In this document: positions 1-10,560 of the stretch, piece by piece | How the letters are laid out: the number at the start of each line of letters is the position of its first letter | How positions within the stretch are numbered: the stretch's first letter is position 1 | Source: an uncultured Cytophagaceae bacterium | Lineage (GTDB): Bacteria > Bacteroidota > Bacteroidia > Cytophagales > Microscillaceae | Direction of reading: 5' to 3' | Length of the DNA: 64,000 bases | NCBI GenBank assembly: GCA_964551015.1 | Contig: CAZKBP010000003.1 | Location: forward strand, 85,327 to 149,326 | Notes under the pieces: model-generated | Seen by the model: the letters and a program-made list of their open reading frames with translations, nothing else | What the model was told of the DNA's origin: nothing | The model's database searches: none | Made by a program: the position numbers and the translations under genes

Positions 1-1397
1 TGGTAAAGTGACTGCTAGAGGTAAAACAACCCTGGTCTTGGTAAAGGGGAATCGCTAGATCTTCCCAGACAGGATTCGCGTCGGTAGCGTTGAGCGTACG
101 GCGCAACCAAGCCACATCCTGATCAAAAACCGTGGGGCTATCATTCTGAGCCACGGCGTAAACCACGTCTGGGTCACTAGGAGCACAGGCTAGTTCCACT
201 CGGTCAGCATCTGTACCATTTAGGTTACTGAAATCAAACTGTACCCAACTGCCACTCAGCCCTGTTTCTGAATAGAAAATACGCCCTCCTCCTTGCCGAT
301 TAGAATTCTTCTGGGTGCCAATCCAAATACGATTATTAGCATCTAGCTCTATATCAGTAGGTTCGTAGGGATTGCCTCCCATGCTAGGGGGCAAAGTCGG
401 TAGCACTTGACTAAAATTAATTCCTCCATCCATAGAACGGTACAATCCTACACCCTGGGTGAATCTTCCTTGATTGAAGCGGCGCCCCACGGCTACGAGC
501 AAACTACTCTGTCCGCCTCCTTCATTTCTTACCAAGATATCATTGACATAATGAAATTCTTCGTCAGTATCAAAAAAGCCATTGGCGGCGGTGAGATGTG
601 TCCAAGTATTCCCAGCGTTGGTAGTTTTCCAAAGACCTGCTCCACGAGTTGCGCTGGGGCCTCCCGCTGTAAAACTCTCACCCGTGCCGACATACCAAGT
701 ATTATCATCGTTTGGGTCGGCAGCAATTGCGGTAATAGAAATATTATCCCAAACGGCGTCCACGTGTGTCCAAGGTTTGTCTAGGGTGATATCATCGGTG
801 TACCATAGCCCGCCTTGTATGCCCCCCGCCCAGACTTTCTTGTGCTCTGGGTCGGTAGGGTCAAAAAGTATAGCACGCACCCGGCCAGCCACGTTATTGG
901 GGCCTCGCTCTTGCCACCTGATATTGGCAATGGCATTCTTATCTTTAATTTGTTTGGATACTTTCTCCAAGGCTTTCAGTTTGCGCTGGTAGGGAACATA
1001 GCCTAATTGAGGGTCAAGCGTGCGAAGATAGTCTTGCTCCCAGGCTAGGTCAGGGCGATCTTTCTTGGGGATATTTTTCCAAGCTTGGTAGCTGTCAATA
1101 TCTCGTTGGTTGTAAGGATGATCTTGGAGGAATTTCGAGAAGGCTCGTCTAGCTTGCATCTTAGCCAGACTGTCTCTTTGGAAAGAAGATAAGACCACAG
1201 GCTTATCCTCGATGGGCGAATCGAGGGGAGAAGCAGATGGAAGTCTCTGATTTTTGGGTCGGAAGGAGTGGAGCACTTCTTTTTTCTCAACGGTATCATT
1301 GAGGAGGGGTGAATAGAGAGATTGATAAATGAAGAAAAAGGCAAAGGCTAGCCCACATACCCAGAACAACCCGCGTGATAGGTAATATTTGTTCATC
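1..1397 (-). CDS. Secreted/membrane-anchored BNR (Asp-box) repeat beta-propeller protein, partial (C-terminus runs off the window start)
   Basis: Manual reverse-strand translation from ATG at 1397 (MNKYYLSRGLFWVCGLAFAFFFIYQS...) is open to position 1. The N-terminus is a hydrophobic signal/anchor. BNR-like S/T-x-D/N-x-G-x-T-W motifs are present (LWKTTNAGNTW, TWYVGTGES, YRSMDGGINF, IFYSETG). It is not in the ORF track because there is no stop in the window. Confidence 0.55.
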
Positions 1398-1731
1398 TGT
1401 TAGTTTGAATTTTGATGTCTGAATTTTAGCGAAGTTCACAAAATCGGAGGTACAAGAACCGAGAGGGGGCATTGGCTTTCTCTGCTGCATCCCCCCTAAA
1501 TTCAGCTTAAAAGTAACCAAAAGAAGCGATTAGGACAAGGAAGAAATAAGAGTATCTTTAAAATTTATCTTCGGGTAACAGAAGCCCACTTTTAGAACCT
1601 GATTTCGTGAAATTCCTTGACCATGGCTTCGGAAATTCGTGCAGAGTTGCATTTGATTAGGAACAAAATTGACGCCTATCGAGGCTTGATTTTGAATCCA
1701 TGCCAAGACTTCTGTGGCTAATCAAATTCTT

Positions 1732-3435
1732 TTACCATAGTTCTAAAAAATGAGTTACGGAAACATACGTGGAAGCAAACAAAAGATGAGGGAAAATACC
1801 GATCAAAAAAGTGATAAAGGATAAAACCGACAGCATAAGCCACTCTCTTTGTGTCAAATCTGTCATGCGCCCACCCCAAGTAGATTCATTTCTAAGCCAA
1901 TATTTCCCCAAAAACATTCGCTGGATTGTCCAGAGAAAATAAGCAGCCCCGAGTACAATTCCAAAAGTAGAAGCTGCCGCAATCCAATTAGGAATATGTA
2001 TGGCTGAAAATCCTCCAATTAAAGTGAATAACTCACCGATAAAACCAGAGAATCCCGGTAATCCTAAGGAAGCAAAAAAAGCAATCATCACGAAGAAGGT
2101 AAAATAAGGCATCTTTTGCTGTAAACCCCGATAACTGTCAATGTTGCGATCCTGAGTGCGGTCGTAGAGCACCCCTACCAACAAAAACAAAAGGGCAGAC
2201 AGCACTCCGTGGCTAAACATTTGAAAAATAGCCCCTTGCACCCCTTCGTGGGTTAGAGAAGCAATGCCTAACAAGACAAAACCCATGTGAGACACAGATG
2301 AGTAAGCCACCATCTTTTTTAAGTCCTGCATCGCTAGTGCATTCAAAGCACCATACAAAATAGAAATCATCCCCAGCAGGGCAATCAAAACAGCATACTG
2401 ACTGGCTCCCTCTGGAAAGATAGGATAGGCAATTCTCAAGAGGCCATATCCACCAATTTTTAATAAAATACCCGCCAATACGACCGAAATAGGCGTAGGC
2501 GCTTCCACGTGCGCATCTGGCAGCCAAGTGTGTAGAGGTACGATCGGTAGCTTGATAGCAAAACCTATGAAAAGTGCCAAAAAAGCCATCAAACGAAAAG
2601 AACTGCCTCCCAACCCTGCTTCGGGAGCTAAGAGTGAATTAGGCAGGTAATTGCCCGGATCTTGCATAGCCGGAATGCTGAAGGTTCTAACCAAATGCTC
2701 TGTGGCTATTTCACCCGCTTCTAATTTTTTCTGTACTTCCAAAATGGCTTCTAGTCTAGGTTGATCTCCTGCTTGGATGACCCCAGCGCGGATGCCCGTT
2801 TCTATGGGGTCTATCACCGCTAGATAAAGACCAATCATCACGATCAAAATAAGCAGAGAACCCACCAGTGTGTAAATAAAAAATTTGATAGAAGCATATT
2901 CTCTTCGCTCACCTCCCCAGATTCCAATCAAGAAATACATTGGGAGAAGCATAAATTCGAAAAAGAGGTAAAACAAGAAAAAGTCCAAAGCCACGAAGCA
3001 CCCCATGATGCTGGTACTCAGAAGTAAATACAGCGCAAAATAGCCCTTTTCGTGCTTCTGAATTGTCCAGGAAGAGATCGCACCGATCAGCATAACCATA
3101 CCTGTGAGCAAAATCAGACAGGCATTAAAACCATCTACCCCCAAGAAATAATCAATAGACAAGCTTCCCAGGCTTCCTAAGTCAAGCGTGATCCAATCCT
3201 GATGTTCTAGTAATTGATAATGCTCACGATTGAAAATAGTCACATCGCTCATCGGGCCGGTATCCAAGCCTAGATACATCCCCAAAGCAAGGCCACATTG
3301 AAATAAACAGGCCATCAAGGTGATCCACTTGAAGAGCTTTTTGTAGCGAATCGGTAGCAAAAGCACCACGAGGCAAGCTAGCAGCGGCACAAAAATGAGC
3401 AGGGAGAGTACATAAGGAGGCATAGGCTTCAGCAA
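1732..3435 (-). CDS. Complex I antiporter-like subunit (NuoM/NdhD/MnhD family, Proton_antipo_M) with an internal soluble insertion. It is an orphan with no nuo neighbours
   Basis: 567-aa polytopic membrane ORF carrying the family hallmark HTWLPDAHVEAPTPISVVLAGILLKIGGYGLLRI. A ~80-aa hydrophilic insertion (DPIETGIRAGVIQAGDQPRLEAILEVQKKLEAGEIATEHL...) lies between TM segments. Confidence 0.75.
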   Translation of the reverse strand: MLKPMPPYVLSLLIFVPLLACLVVLLLPIRYKKLFKWITLMACLFQCGLALGMYLGLDTGPMSDVTIFNREHYQLLEHQDWITLDLGSLGSLSIDYFLGVDGFNACLILLTGMVMLIGAISSWTIQKHEKGYFALYLLLSTSIMGCFVALDFFLFYLFFEFMLLPMYFLIGIWGGERREYASIKFFIYTLVGSLLILIVMIGLYLAVIDPIETGIRAGVIQAGDQPRLEAILEVQKKLEAGEIATEHLVRTFSIPAMQDPGNYLPNSLLAPEAGLGGSSFRLMAFLALFIGFAIKLPIVPLHTWLPDAHVEAPTPISVVLAGILLKIGGYGLLRIAYPIFPEGASQYAVLIALLGMISILYGALNALAMQDLKKMVAYSSVSHMGFVLLGIASLTHEGVQGAIFQMFSHGVLSALLFLLVGVLYDRTQDRNIDSYRGLQQKMPYFTFFVMIAFFASLGLPGFSGFIGELFTLIGGFSAIHIPNWIAAASTFGIVLGAAYFLWTIQRMFLGKYWLRNESTWGGRMTDLTQREWLMLSVLSFITFLIGIFPHLLFASTYVSVTHFLELW

Positions 3436-3738
3436 ATTAGCGGGGGTAAAAATAGTAGAAGAATCTGGATTTCAAAAATTTGCTTTTTTATACCCAAATC
3501 TAAATTTCAACCAATATCACTTTTTTATCGTATAAAAGAAAGCTTCTACCATCTACTGAAGCAAGCCTCAAAGACACCATTCCAAATCAAATAGCAGCAA
3601 GACTATTTTCGGTTAGCCCCGAAGTCCAAACCAATAAAAATCAGGGATGAAATAAGAATATCCACTATAAAAGGATAGAATTCTCCTATATTTGAATACA
3701 ACAATCGGTATCTAGATCAAGACCAATACCCCGAGACT

Positions 3739-4494
3739 ATGAAAGAAACGATTATTAATGAACTTGAAAAATTAGAAAAAGAACAAGATATCAAAGTGCT
3801 ATATGCTTGTGAATCAGGTAGCAGAGCTTGGGGCTTCCCCTCTCCAGACAGTGACTATGATGTACGCTTTATCTACGCGCAGTCGCCTCGTCGCTATCTC
3901 TCTATCTATGACCGCAAGGATGCCATTGATTTATTCTTGGCCAAAGACCTGGATTTAATTGGTTGGGATATTCGCAAAGCCCTGCGCCTCTTTCATAAAT
4001 CTAATGCTTCTCCTTTCGAATGGATGCAATCTTCTATTGTCTACAAAAAGACAGGTGATTTTTTGGAAAAACTGCGTGCCCTCGCTCCCGAATATTTTTC
4101 GCCCAGAGCCGGCTTGCATCATTACTTGGGGATGACCAAGCATACTTATCTGGGGCATCTCCAAGGGGAAAAGGTTAATCTTAAGAAGTACTTTTATGCC
4201 ATTCGCCCGCTACTTTGTGCCAAATGGATTCTTGCTCACGAGATTAACCCACCGCTTGAATTCAAGAAATTGCTCGAGGTGGTAGCTGATAATAAGGAAT
4301 TTATGGAAAATATCGAGGGCTTGCTCAAACGCAAAGAAGTGAGTGCCGAAACCGAAGAGGTAACGCCCATTCCCTTTTTCCATGATTTTATTGAGCGCGA
4401 AATGCAAACGTGCGAAGAACACGAAACGGATTTCCCCAAAATCAAACCCGATGCCGAACCGCTCAACGAATTGTTCCGCCACGCGGTGATGTAG
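3739..4494 (+). CDS. Pol-beta/MNT-fold nucleotidyltransferase domain protein (PF10127-like predicted nucleotidyltransferase)
   Basis: N-terminal motif ESGSRAWGFPSPDSDYDVRFIY matches the GS-x(n)-[DE]-x-[DE] minimal nucleotidyltransferase signature. Length is 251 aa. Confidence 0.55.
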   Translation: MKETIINELEKLEKEQDIKVLYACESGSRAWGFPSPDSDYDVRFIYAQSPRRYLSIYDRKDAIDLFLAKDLDLIGWDIRKALRLFHKSNASPFEWMQSSIVYKKTGDFLEKLRALAPEYFSPRAGLHHYLGMTKHTYLGHLQGEKVNLKKYFYAIRPLLCAKWILAHEINPPLEFKKLLEVVADNKEFMENIEGLLKRKEVSAETEEVTPIPFFHDFIEREMQTCEEHETDFPKIKPDAEPLNELFRHAVM

Positions 4495-4608
4495 CACAGG
4501 GCTCGTGGCTTGGAGTTTGCCTTCTAAGAAAACTCAACCCAAAAAGCGGTTTGTTCTCCGCTGCTCTCATGCCCTTGGATTTTTTCTAAGGGCAGGTTTA
4601 CTTTATTC

Positions 4609-5187
4609 TTATCCAAACTCTATCCAAACGCCTTGTTTTCCTAGACTTGCTCGGAGTTGCTCTCGATTCTCCTCTGAAATTGGATTTCTGGCTAGCTTTA
4701 GTCTTTTGAGTTGTGTTAATTGCTTCATTTCTGTGGGTAAATCCGTGAGCGGGTTATCTTCCAGTACCAATTCCTCTAATTGATTCAATCGAGCAATTTG
4801 TGGCGGAATGGTTTGGATTTGATTGTGATGTAGGCGTAGCTTCTTAAGTTGTGTCAAGGTAAGAATTTCTTCTGGAAAAGCACTTAGCTGATTATAAGCT
4901 AAATCTAACATTAATAAGCTTTCTGCTTTTGAGAAAGAAGCAGGCAGTTTTTGCAAGCTACATCTTCGCAAGTACAAAAAGCGAAAAGAGCGAATCAACC
5001 GCTCAAAGTCCCGCTCGAGACAGAGTAGGGTCAGATGAGGTCTGGCGGTGATAAACTTCCGTACCTCCTCCGAAAATCCTCCTCCTTCACAAATAGATAA
5101 AGCCAAGACCTGATTTGCCTGATTTTCGGAGTTTAGTAATTGAATAAGTTTGAGGCTATGCATGGGGTGGCAGGTTAGGAGATGCAA
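4609..5187 (-). CDS. Leucine-rich repeat (LRR) protein
   Basis: Tandem LxxLxLxxNxL repeats (LDLAYNQLSAFPEEILTLTQLKKLRLHHNQIQTIPPQIARLNQLEELVLEDNPLTDLP). Confidence 0.8.
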   Translation of the reverse strand: MHLLTCHPMHSLKLIQLLNSENQANQVLALSICEGGGFSEEVRKFITARPHLTLLCLERDFERLIRSFRFLYLRRCSLQKLPASFSKAESLLMLDLAYNQLSAFPEEILTLTQLKKLRLHHNQIQTIPPQIARLNQLEELVLEDNPLTDLPTEMKQLTQLKRLKLARNPISEENREQLRASLGKQGVWIEFG

Positions 5188-5231
5188 ATTACACGGTTTC
5201 AGTTTTTAGTATAATCCAAAACGGGCTGCCT

Positions 5232-6227
5232 TCAACTAAAAACCCTGAGTCGCTCCACCTCGATTTCCTTCGCACATTTGAAATGACCTTCGGGGCAGGC
5301 TCGATGGCCGTGTAATCCGCAGGGACGACAAGCCAGCTTTTCTCGAGTTTCAATTACGGTTGATTGCTCGGACAAAGGCCCGAACCCAAAAGCAGGAATC
5401 GTAGAACAATACACGGCACACACCGGGGCATTCATCGCTGAGGCCAAATGCATGGGGGCAGAATCATTGACGTAGTTCATGTGGGCATCTTTCATCAACG
5501 CAGCCGAGGCCAAGAGGGACAATTCACCCGCTAAGTTATGCACCTTGGGATGCTGGGCTTGTTCTCGGATAGCCTCACAGGCCTCCCAATCGTCTGGCCC
5601 TCCCAGGAGATAAACTAGCCAATTTTGAGGGAGCGTATTGATGAAAGCAATCCATTGCTGGGCAGGCCACTGTTTGGTAAACCAGACCGAAGTAGGAGCA
5701 ATACAAATATAGGTTTGTGTTTTGTATACTTGTGCTTTAATCTGATCTGCTGGCTGAGGATAAAGCACGGGGCGTATTTTTTTCACCGGAGTCAGATGGG
5801 AGAGGAGCGCCAGATTTCGCTCTACTTCGTGCTTCCCTTCTTCAAAGGAGTGCTTGACTTGGCGATGGAAAAATCTCGAGAATGGATTTTTATCAAAACC
5901 CACCGTTTGTTTGGCTCCTGATAAAATGGTCATCAGACCGCTCGAGCCGAAACGCTGTAAGTTGATGACCAAATCGTAGCGTTTTTGGCGAATCTTACGA
6001 ATAATTTGAAGTAGATTGAAAAGCTTTTTTTCTTTTTTATTCCAAACCAATACTTCCTTTAAATGGGGATGTCCTTCCAATAAGCCTTCATTTCCTTTTC
6101 TCAGCAAGAAATCAATCTGAGCCTCAGGATAATCCTGACGGATCTGCTCGATCAATACCGTAGCCAAGATCACATCTCCGATGAAAGCAGTTTGAATAAT
6201 CAGAACACGACGCAAAGAAGAGCGCAT
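5232..6227 (-). CDS. Glycosyltransferase family 9 (ADP-heptose:LPS heptosyltransferase-like)
   Basis: Starts MRSSLRRVLIIQTAFIGDVILATVLIEQIR, the typical GT9 N-terminus. The C-terminal part has the LGGPDDWE...VNDSAPMHLASAMNAPVCAVY donor-binding region. The ATG at 6227 is used here. The track ORF extends upstream to 6617 through non-protein-like sequence. Confidence 0.8.
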   Translation of the reverse strand: MRSSLRRVLIIQTAFIGDVILATVLIEQIRQDYPEAQIDFLLRKGNEGLLEGHPHLKEVLVWNKKEKKLFNLLQIIRKIRQKRYDLVINLQRFGSSGLMTILSGAKQTVGFDKNPFSRFFHRQVKHSFEEGKHEVERNLALLSHLTPVKKIRPVLYPQPADQIKAQVYKTQTYICIAPTSVWFTKQWPAQQWIAFINTLPQNWLVYLLGGPDDWEACEAIREQAQHPKVHNLAGELSLLASAALMKDAHMNYVNDSAPMHLASAMNAPVCAVYCSTIPAFGFGPLSEQSTVIETREKLACRPCGLHGHRACPEGHFKCAKEIEVERLRVFS

Positions 6228-6480
6228 AAACCAACATTTACATTCACGCAAAAATAAGAGGAATCTAAGACAGGAGCAGAAAGGAATTCCAGAAAATGTA
6301 AAAAAAGATTGCCTGAGTTTGGTTGAACTTGCTCTGAAAGTGAAAAAAATGAACGACTCACGAAATAATAGACAATTCACACGCAGGTAAGATAAGGCAT
6401 TTTTTGGCCTAAACCTTGTGTTACTCAATTGTCGTTTATCTCTAAAATTGCCAGACCACCCTATAAACACATGTTGAGCT

Positions 6481-6936
6481 ATGAAAAGAATGAACGCCCT
6501 AAAATTTATTGTATCCTTGGCCTTAGGAGGAATCCTACTTTTATGCCATACCTCTTGTGAACAGTCCCAAGATTTTGAGCAATTAGCCGTACCAAGCCGT
6601 GCCCACGTGGCTCTCAAGAGAGTAGAGCAAAGTTTTCGAGGAACACAGCATTACTATCTTACGGTTTATTTCTTTACACAACCCGATGAGGAAGAAAAAA
6701 TCAAATCGCGCCTACAAATCGACAAAGCGCAAATCGTAAGCGTGACGAAGAGCGACGAACGCTCACTGCACCAAGTGATTGATAATATTTTGAGAAAATC
6801 TTCCACCCCTGGGAAAATTACCCGTGCTGAACTCAAAGTAGATCAAGGCATTTACCAAAAATATGAACCTGGAGATGCGATTCTTATCCATTACGAAATG
6901 GATAATCCAGAGCATATTGCCCTTTTAAATCGCTAA
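6481..6936 (+). CDS. Hypothetical secreted/lipoprotein
   Basis: Signal peptide MKRMNALKFIVSLALGGILLLCHTSC. No recognisable family. Confidence 0.4.
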   Translation: MKRMNALKFIVSLALGGILLLCHTSCEQSQDFEQLAVPSRAHVALKRVEQSFRGTQHYYLTVYFFTQPDEEEKIKSRLQIDKAQIVSVTKSDERSLHQVIDNILRKSSTPGKITRAELKVDQGIYQKYEPGDAILIHYEMDNPEHIALLNR

Positions 6937-6983
6937 GTAAATTTCAAACTGGCAGGCTTCAAAAACCTGCCAGAATTTTTTGA

Positions 6984-7919
6984 TTATTTTTCTCCCTTCT
7001 TCCAATAAGTCTGATAGCCTAAAAATCCTAAGCCCAAGATCAACCACAAAGGCCAGATTTTTAATAAAACTAATACAAATTCTCGCAGAGCCGTAGCTCC
7101 CAAAGAGATGGCCTCCCAAGCTCTTACTCCAAAAGCAGGGCGAAAAGCCTCTACGGATTGATAACGGGGAAGCAACTCCTGATGAACTTCCTCATGCTGA
7201 TAGAATTTCAATTGAATAGTACTGTAAGCCACTTGGTCTTCTAGCTTCAAATTTTGCAAACGAGCTTGATCGGAGGATATTTGTTTGTCCAGCAATCGGT
7301 CTTCGGCTTGACTGATATCGTTGAGCTTTTCACCTTTTTCCCCGATGGCTTGTACATAGCGATTTTGGCTTTGATCCATGCGCTGGCTCCGCCATTGATT
7401 TGCCAGAAGCTGAAAACTCACATCCTCGGCCTCAATTGTGCGATGATGTAGAAAACTCACCAAAGGCTGTAAGGCTCTCAGCAAGCTATCCAAATGATGG
7501 TTGGGCACCCGCAGGGTCATGTCATTTTCTACCCGATAGTATTCTCTTTGCAAGAGCGAATCTTGACTTATGGGGTTGGTTTCAGTGCGTGTCATCTGTG
7601 TGTAAAGATGAGTATGCGCTACAAAACCCTCGTAACGTGCGGTTAGGTCTTCAATCTCTAAAGTAGCTCTCTGCACATTCTCGACTTTAAACTCTAAATT
7701 GGCCGTGCGTACAAATTTTCTACCCGACTGATTTTCAAGATTCATACGGGCCGTCGTGGTCAAAGCCTGTGCTTCTTGTTCTGAAGCAGGAGCTTCTTCT
7801 TTACCCGAGGAGTACGCAACGGTTTCTTCGCTGGTGGCGTAATCCTCCAAATGACCATTACAGGCCACTGCCAAGAACATCCATAGGCCACAATAGGTTA
7901 AAATTTTAAGTGATTTCAT
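6984..7919 (-). CDS. Lipoprotein with coiled-coil region and C-terminal TM helix (DUF4349-like architecture)
   Basis: Internal start MKSLKILTYCGLWMFLAVACNG carries a lipobox. There is a long helical middle and a C-terminal hydrophobic LVLLKIWPLWLILGLGFLGY. The track ORF has a 33-aa upstream extension, which is not used. Confidence 0.5.
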   Translation of the reverse strand: MKSLKILTYCGLWMFLAVACNGHLEDYATSEETVAYSSGKEEAPASEQEAQALTTTARMNLENQSGRKFVRTANLEFKVENVQRATLEIEDLTARYEGFVAHTHLYTQMTRTETNPISQDSLLQREYYRVENDMTLRVPNHHLDSLLRALQPLVSFLHHRTIEAEDVSFQLLANQWRSQRMDQSQNRYVQAIGEKGEKLNDISQAEDRLLDKQISSDQARLQNLKLEDQVAYSTIQLKFYQHEEVHQELLPRYQSVEAFRPAFGVRAWEAISLGATALREFVLVLLKIWPLWLILGLGFLGYQTYWKKGEK

Positions 7920-8005
7920 GGGAATCGTGTTTTTTATTTGGTTTTGCTTAGGATTACTGCAAATGGAATGAAGTATTACAAAAAATGATTTGAATTTAGA
8001 TATTC

Positions 8006-8713
8006 GTGTATATGACAAAATTTATAAGAATCGCCCTGATATTGACCTTTGGCCTAAATGCTTGTGGGGAAAAGGAGCAGCGAGCAGCCAAAGATTTTGA
8101 TTTTATGAGCCAGTATATTGAAGGTTATGCCGTAATCCGCTTGGGCGAACAATGGGGATACGCCAATCAAGATACACAGGTCATCGTACCACCTCGCTAC
8201 GAGATGGCGATTGAATTTCACGAGGGCAGAGCTTCCGTCAAAAAAAATAAAAAATGGGGCTTTGTAGACACCACGGGCAGAGAAATCATCCCCCCGCAGT
8301 ATGACCTGACTGGAAATTTTCAGGAAGGACGTGCTTTTTTCGTCAAAGACAATCAATACGGTTATCTCAATCCTCAGGGCCAAGAAATTATTCCCGCCCA
8401 ATACGCTTACGCCGAAGACTTCCAAGATGGCCTCGCCAAAGTAAGCAAAAACGGCAGAACGGCCTATATCAACCCAGCGGGTGGATATGTGATTCCTCTG
8501 GAATATGAGCAAGTCTGGAGCTTCCGCCAAGGCCTGGCCAAAGTCAAAAAAGGAGACAAATACGGCTATCTCGACCGCCAGGGACAGCCTGTGATTCCCG
8601 TCATCTATGATGATTTAAAAGATTTTTTTGGTGATGAAGCTCGTGCCGTCAAAGACGGAAGAGTTATGTTTTTTAATCGGGAGGGCGAGTGTGTGGAGGG
8701 CTGTGGAGAGTAA
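8006..8713 (+). CDS. WG-containing repeat (KWG/WG_beta_rep) lipoprotein
   Basis: Repeated units of form GYAxxxxQ-(V/I)IPPxYDxxxxFxEGRA(x)VKKNxKWGFVD, at least five copies. N-terminal lipoprotein signal ILTFGLNACG. Confidence 0.85.
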   Translation: MYMTKFIRIALILTFGLNACGEKEQRAAKDFDFMSQYIEGYAVIRLGEQWGYANQDTQVIVPPRYEMAIEFHEGRASVKKNKKWGFVDTTGREIIPPQYDLTGNFQEGRAFFVKDNQYGYLNPQGQEIIPAQYAYAEDFQDGLAKVSKNGRTAYINPAGGYVIPLEYEQVWSFRQGLAKVKKGDKYGYLDRQGQPVIPVIYDDLKDFFGDEARAVKDGRVMFFNREGECVEGCGE

Positions 8714-8805
8714 ATGCCAAATCACAAGCTAGAAAATTACCAATTTCCGAGTTTGCTCATCCGATAATTTGTAATTTGCGATTATAATCTGCGATTCCTC
8801 ACGAA

Positions 8806-9654
8806 ATGAAACATATCCTCATCACGGGTGCCTCGACAGGTATTGGCTTGGCACTAGCGCAAGAATTCCATAGGCACGGTTATTTTATCTTTGGGAGTGT
8901 CCGCAAAGAAGCGGATGCCGAGCGCCTGCAAGCGGCGATGCCTGAGCGATTTATGCCTCTGCTCTTTGATGTAACGGACGCCGAAGCTATACAGCAAGCT
9001 GAAAGCCAAGTGCGCGAGCAAGTAGGTCAGGTGGGCTTAGCCGGCTTGATTAACAATGCGGGCATTGCCACGGGTGGCCCTTTGATGCATTTGCCCGTTG
9101 CCGAGACTCGTCGTCTGATCGAGGTGAATGCGCTGGGCATGATGCAGGTAACCCAGACTTTCTTGCCTTTGCTGGGAGCAGGTAAAAACTCGCCCTATCC
9201 ACCGGGCAAAATCCTGCAAATTAGTTCTGTGTCGGGAGAGTTGGCAATGCCCTTCACGGGGCCTTATTCGGCTTCTAAATTCGCAATGGAAGCCCTTTCG
9301 CATAGTCTCAGACGAGAATTACAGATGTATGGCATCAATGTCATCATCATCGGCCCTGGCCCCATCAAGACACCCATCTGGGACAAAGCCCAGCAAGAAG
9401 ACGCCAGTCGCTTCGCTGATACAGATTATGCCAAAGTGATGGAGCGGTTTAAAAAATTTGCCATCGAGCGGGGTCAAGCCAGTGCCATGCCCGCCGAAGA
9501 ACTTGCTCGCCGTGTTTATAAAATTTTCCACAAGCAGAAGCCTAAGGTGCGCTATGCCATCACCCCCAATTATTTTAATAATTGGTTCCTGCCACGCTAT
9601 GTCCTGCCAGCACGGATGCTAGATCGGGCGGTGCGGAAGATGATTGGGTTTTGA
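8806..9654 (+). CDS. Short-chain dehydrogenase/reductase (SDR) family oxidoreductase
   Basis: ITGASTGIGLA Rossmann motif, NNAG, and catalytic YSASK. Confidence 0.9.
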   Translation: MKHILITGASTGIGLALAQEFHRHGYFIFGSVRKEADAERLQAAMPERFMPLLFDVTDAEAIQQAESQVREQVGQVGLAGLINNAGIATGGPLMHLPVAETRRLIEVNALGMMQVTQTFLPLLGAGKNSPYPPGKILQISSVSGELAMPFTGPYSASKFAMEALSHSLRRELQMYGINVIIIGPGPIKTPIWDKAQQEDASRFADTDYAKVMERFKKFAIERGQASAMPAEELARRVYKIFHKQKPKVRYAITPNYFNNWFLPRYVLPARMLDRAVRKMIGF

Positions 9655-9759
9655 AGAATTGTAAATCTCAAGAAATATCGGCTTAGCACTTTCCTAAGTC
9701 GCTATTTTATAAGTTTTTACGGCTGCGATCACCTTAAAGAAAATCTGCAATCCGCTACT

Positions 9760-10542
9760 CTACACGCGCAAATCCACGCCCAGAGCCAACAAAATCAGAA
9801 TCGCCAAACCCAGCACGATACGATAATATCCAAAAGCTTTGAAGCCGTATTTGGTTAAGAAATTAATAAAAAAGCGAATGGCAAGCATTGCCACGACGAA
9901 GGCGACCACATTCCCAAAAATCAAAACCCATAGATCAGAAACGTGGATTTCATCGTAATCTTTAAGGAGCTTGTAGCCTGAAGCGGCAAACATCGTGGGT
10001 ACAGCGAGGAAAAACGAAAATTCAGCGGCCTGCCTGCGTGTCCAGCGTTGGGTCATTCCGCCGATGATGGTGGCCGCCGAGCGAGAAACTCCCGGGATCA
10101 TGGCGATACATTGAAACAAGCCCACTTTAAAAGCTGCTGGGAAACTAACGGGCTGATCCGGGCCGTGCTCGGCATTGGGGAAGAGGCGATCAATAAACAC
10201 GAGAATAATACCGCCGAGTAGGAGGGAAGTAGCCACCACGGCTACATCCTCGAGGAGGCTATCAATAAAATCACCCAGAAGCAAACCAAAGAAAGCCGCC
10301 GGGAGGAAAGCCACAAACAATTTAATGTAAAAATCTACGGAATTGAAGAAACGCTTCCAGTACAAAACCACCACCGAAAGAATGGCTCCAAACTGGATAT
10401 TGACCTCAAATATTTTGGTAAAGGTTTTATCATTAATACCCATGATAGAGGAGGCAATAATCATATGTCCCGTGGAAGAAATAGGTAAAAATTCCGTGAT
10501 TCCTTCTACCACGGCCAGAATAAGGGCTTCAATAAAATTCAT
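9760..10542 (-). CDS. uppP: Undecaprenyl-diphosphate phosphatase
   Basis: [29 protein letters not shown] plus [13 protein letters not shown], the canonical UppP/BacA motifs. Length is 260 aa. Confidence 0.92.
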   Translation of the reverse strand: MNFIEALILAVVEGITEFLPISSTGHMIIASSIMGINDKTFTKIFEVNIQFGAILSVVVLYWKRFFNSVDFYIKLFVAFLPAAFFGLLLGDFIDSLLEDVAVVATSLLLGGIILVFIDRLFPNAEHGPDQPVSFPAAFKVGLFQCIAMIPGVSRSAATIIGGMTQRWTRRQAAEFSFFLAVPTMFAASGYKLLKDYDEIHVSDLWVLIFGNVVAFVVAMLAIRFFINFLTKYGFKAFGYYRIVLGLAILILLALGVDLRV

Positions 10543-10560
10543 AACTAAGAGCTAAGGGTT

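Noticed and set aside
6228-6617. Track ORF 5232..6617 extends 130 codons upstream of the GT9 MRSSLRR start
   Set aside because: The extension (MRATWARLGTANCSKSWDCSQ...) has no protein-like character. It also overlaps the divergent lipoprotein gene at 6481. The canonical GT9 N-terminus begins at the internal ATG (6227).
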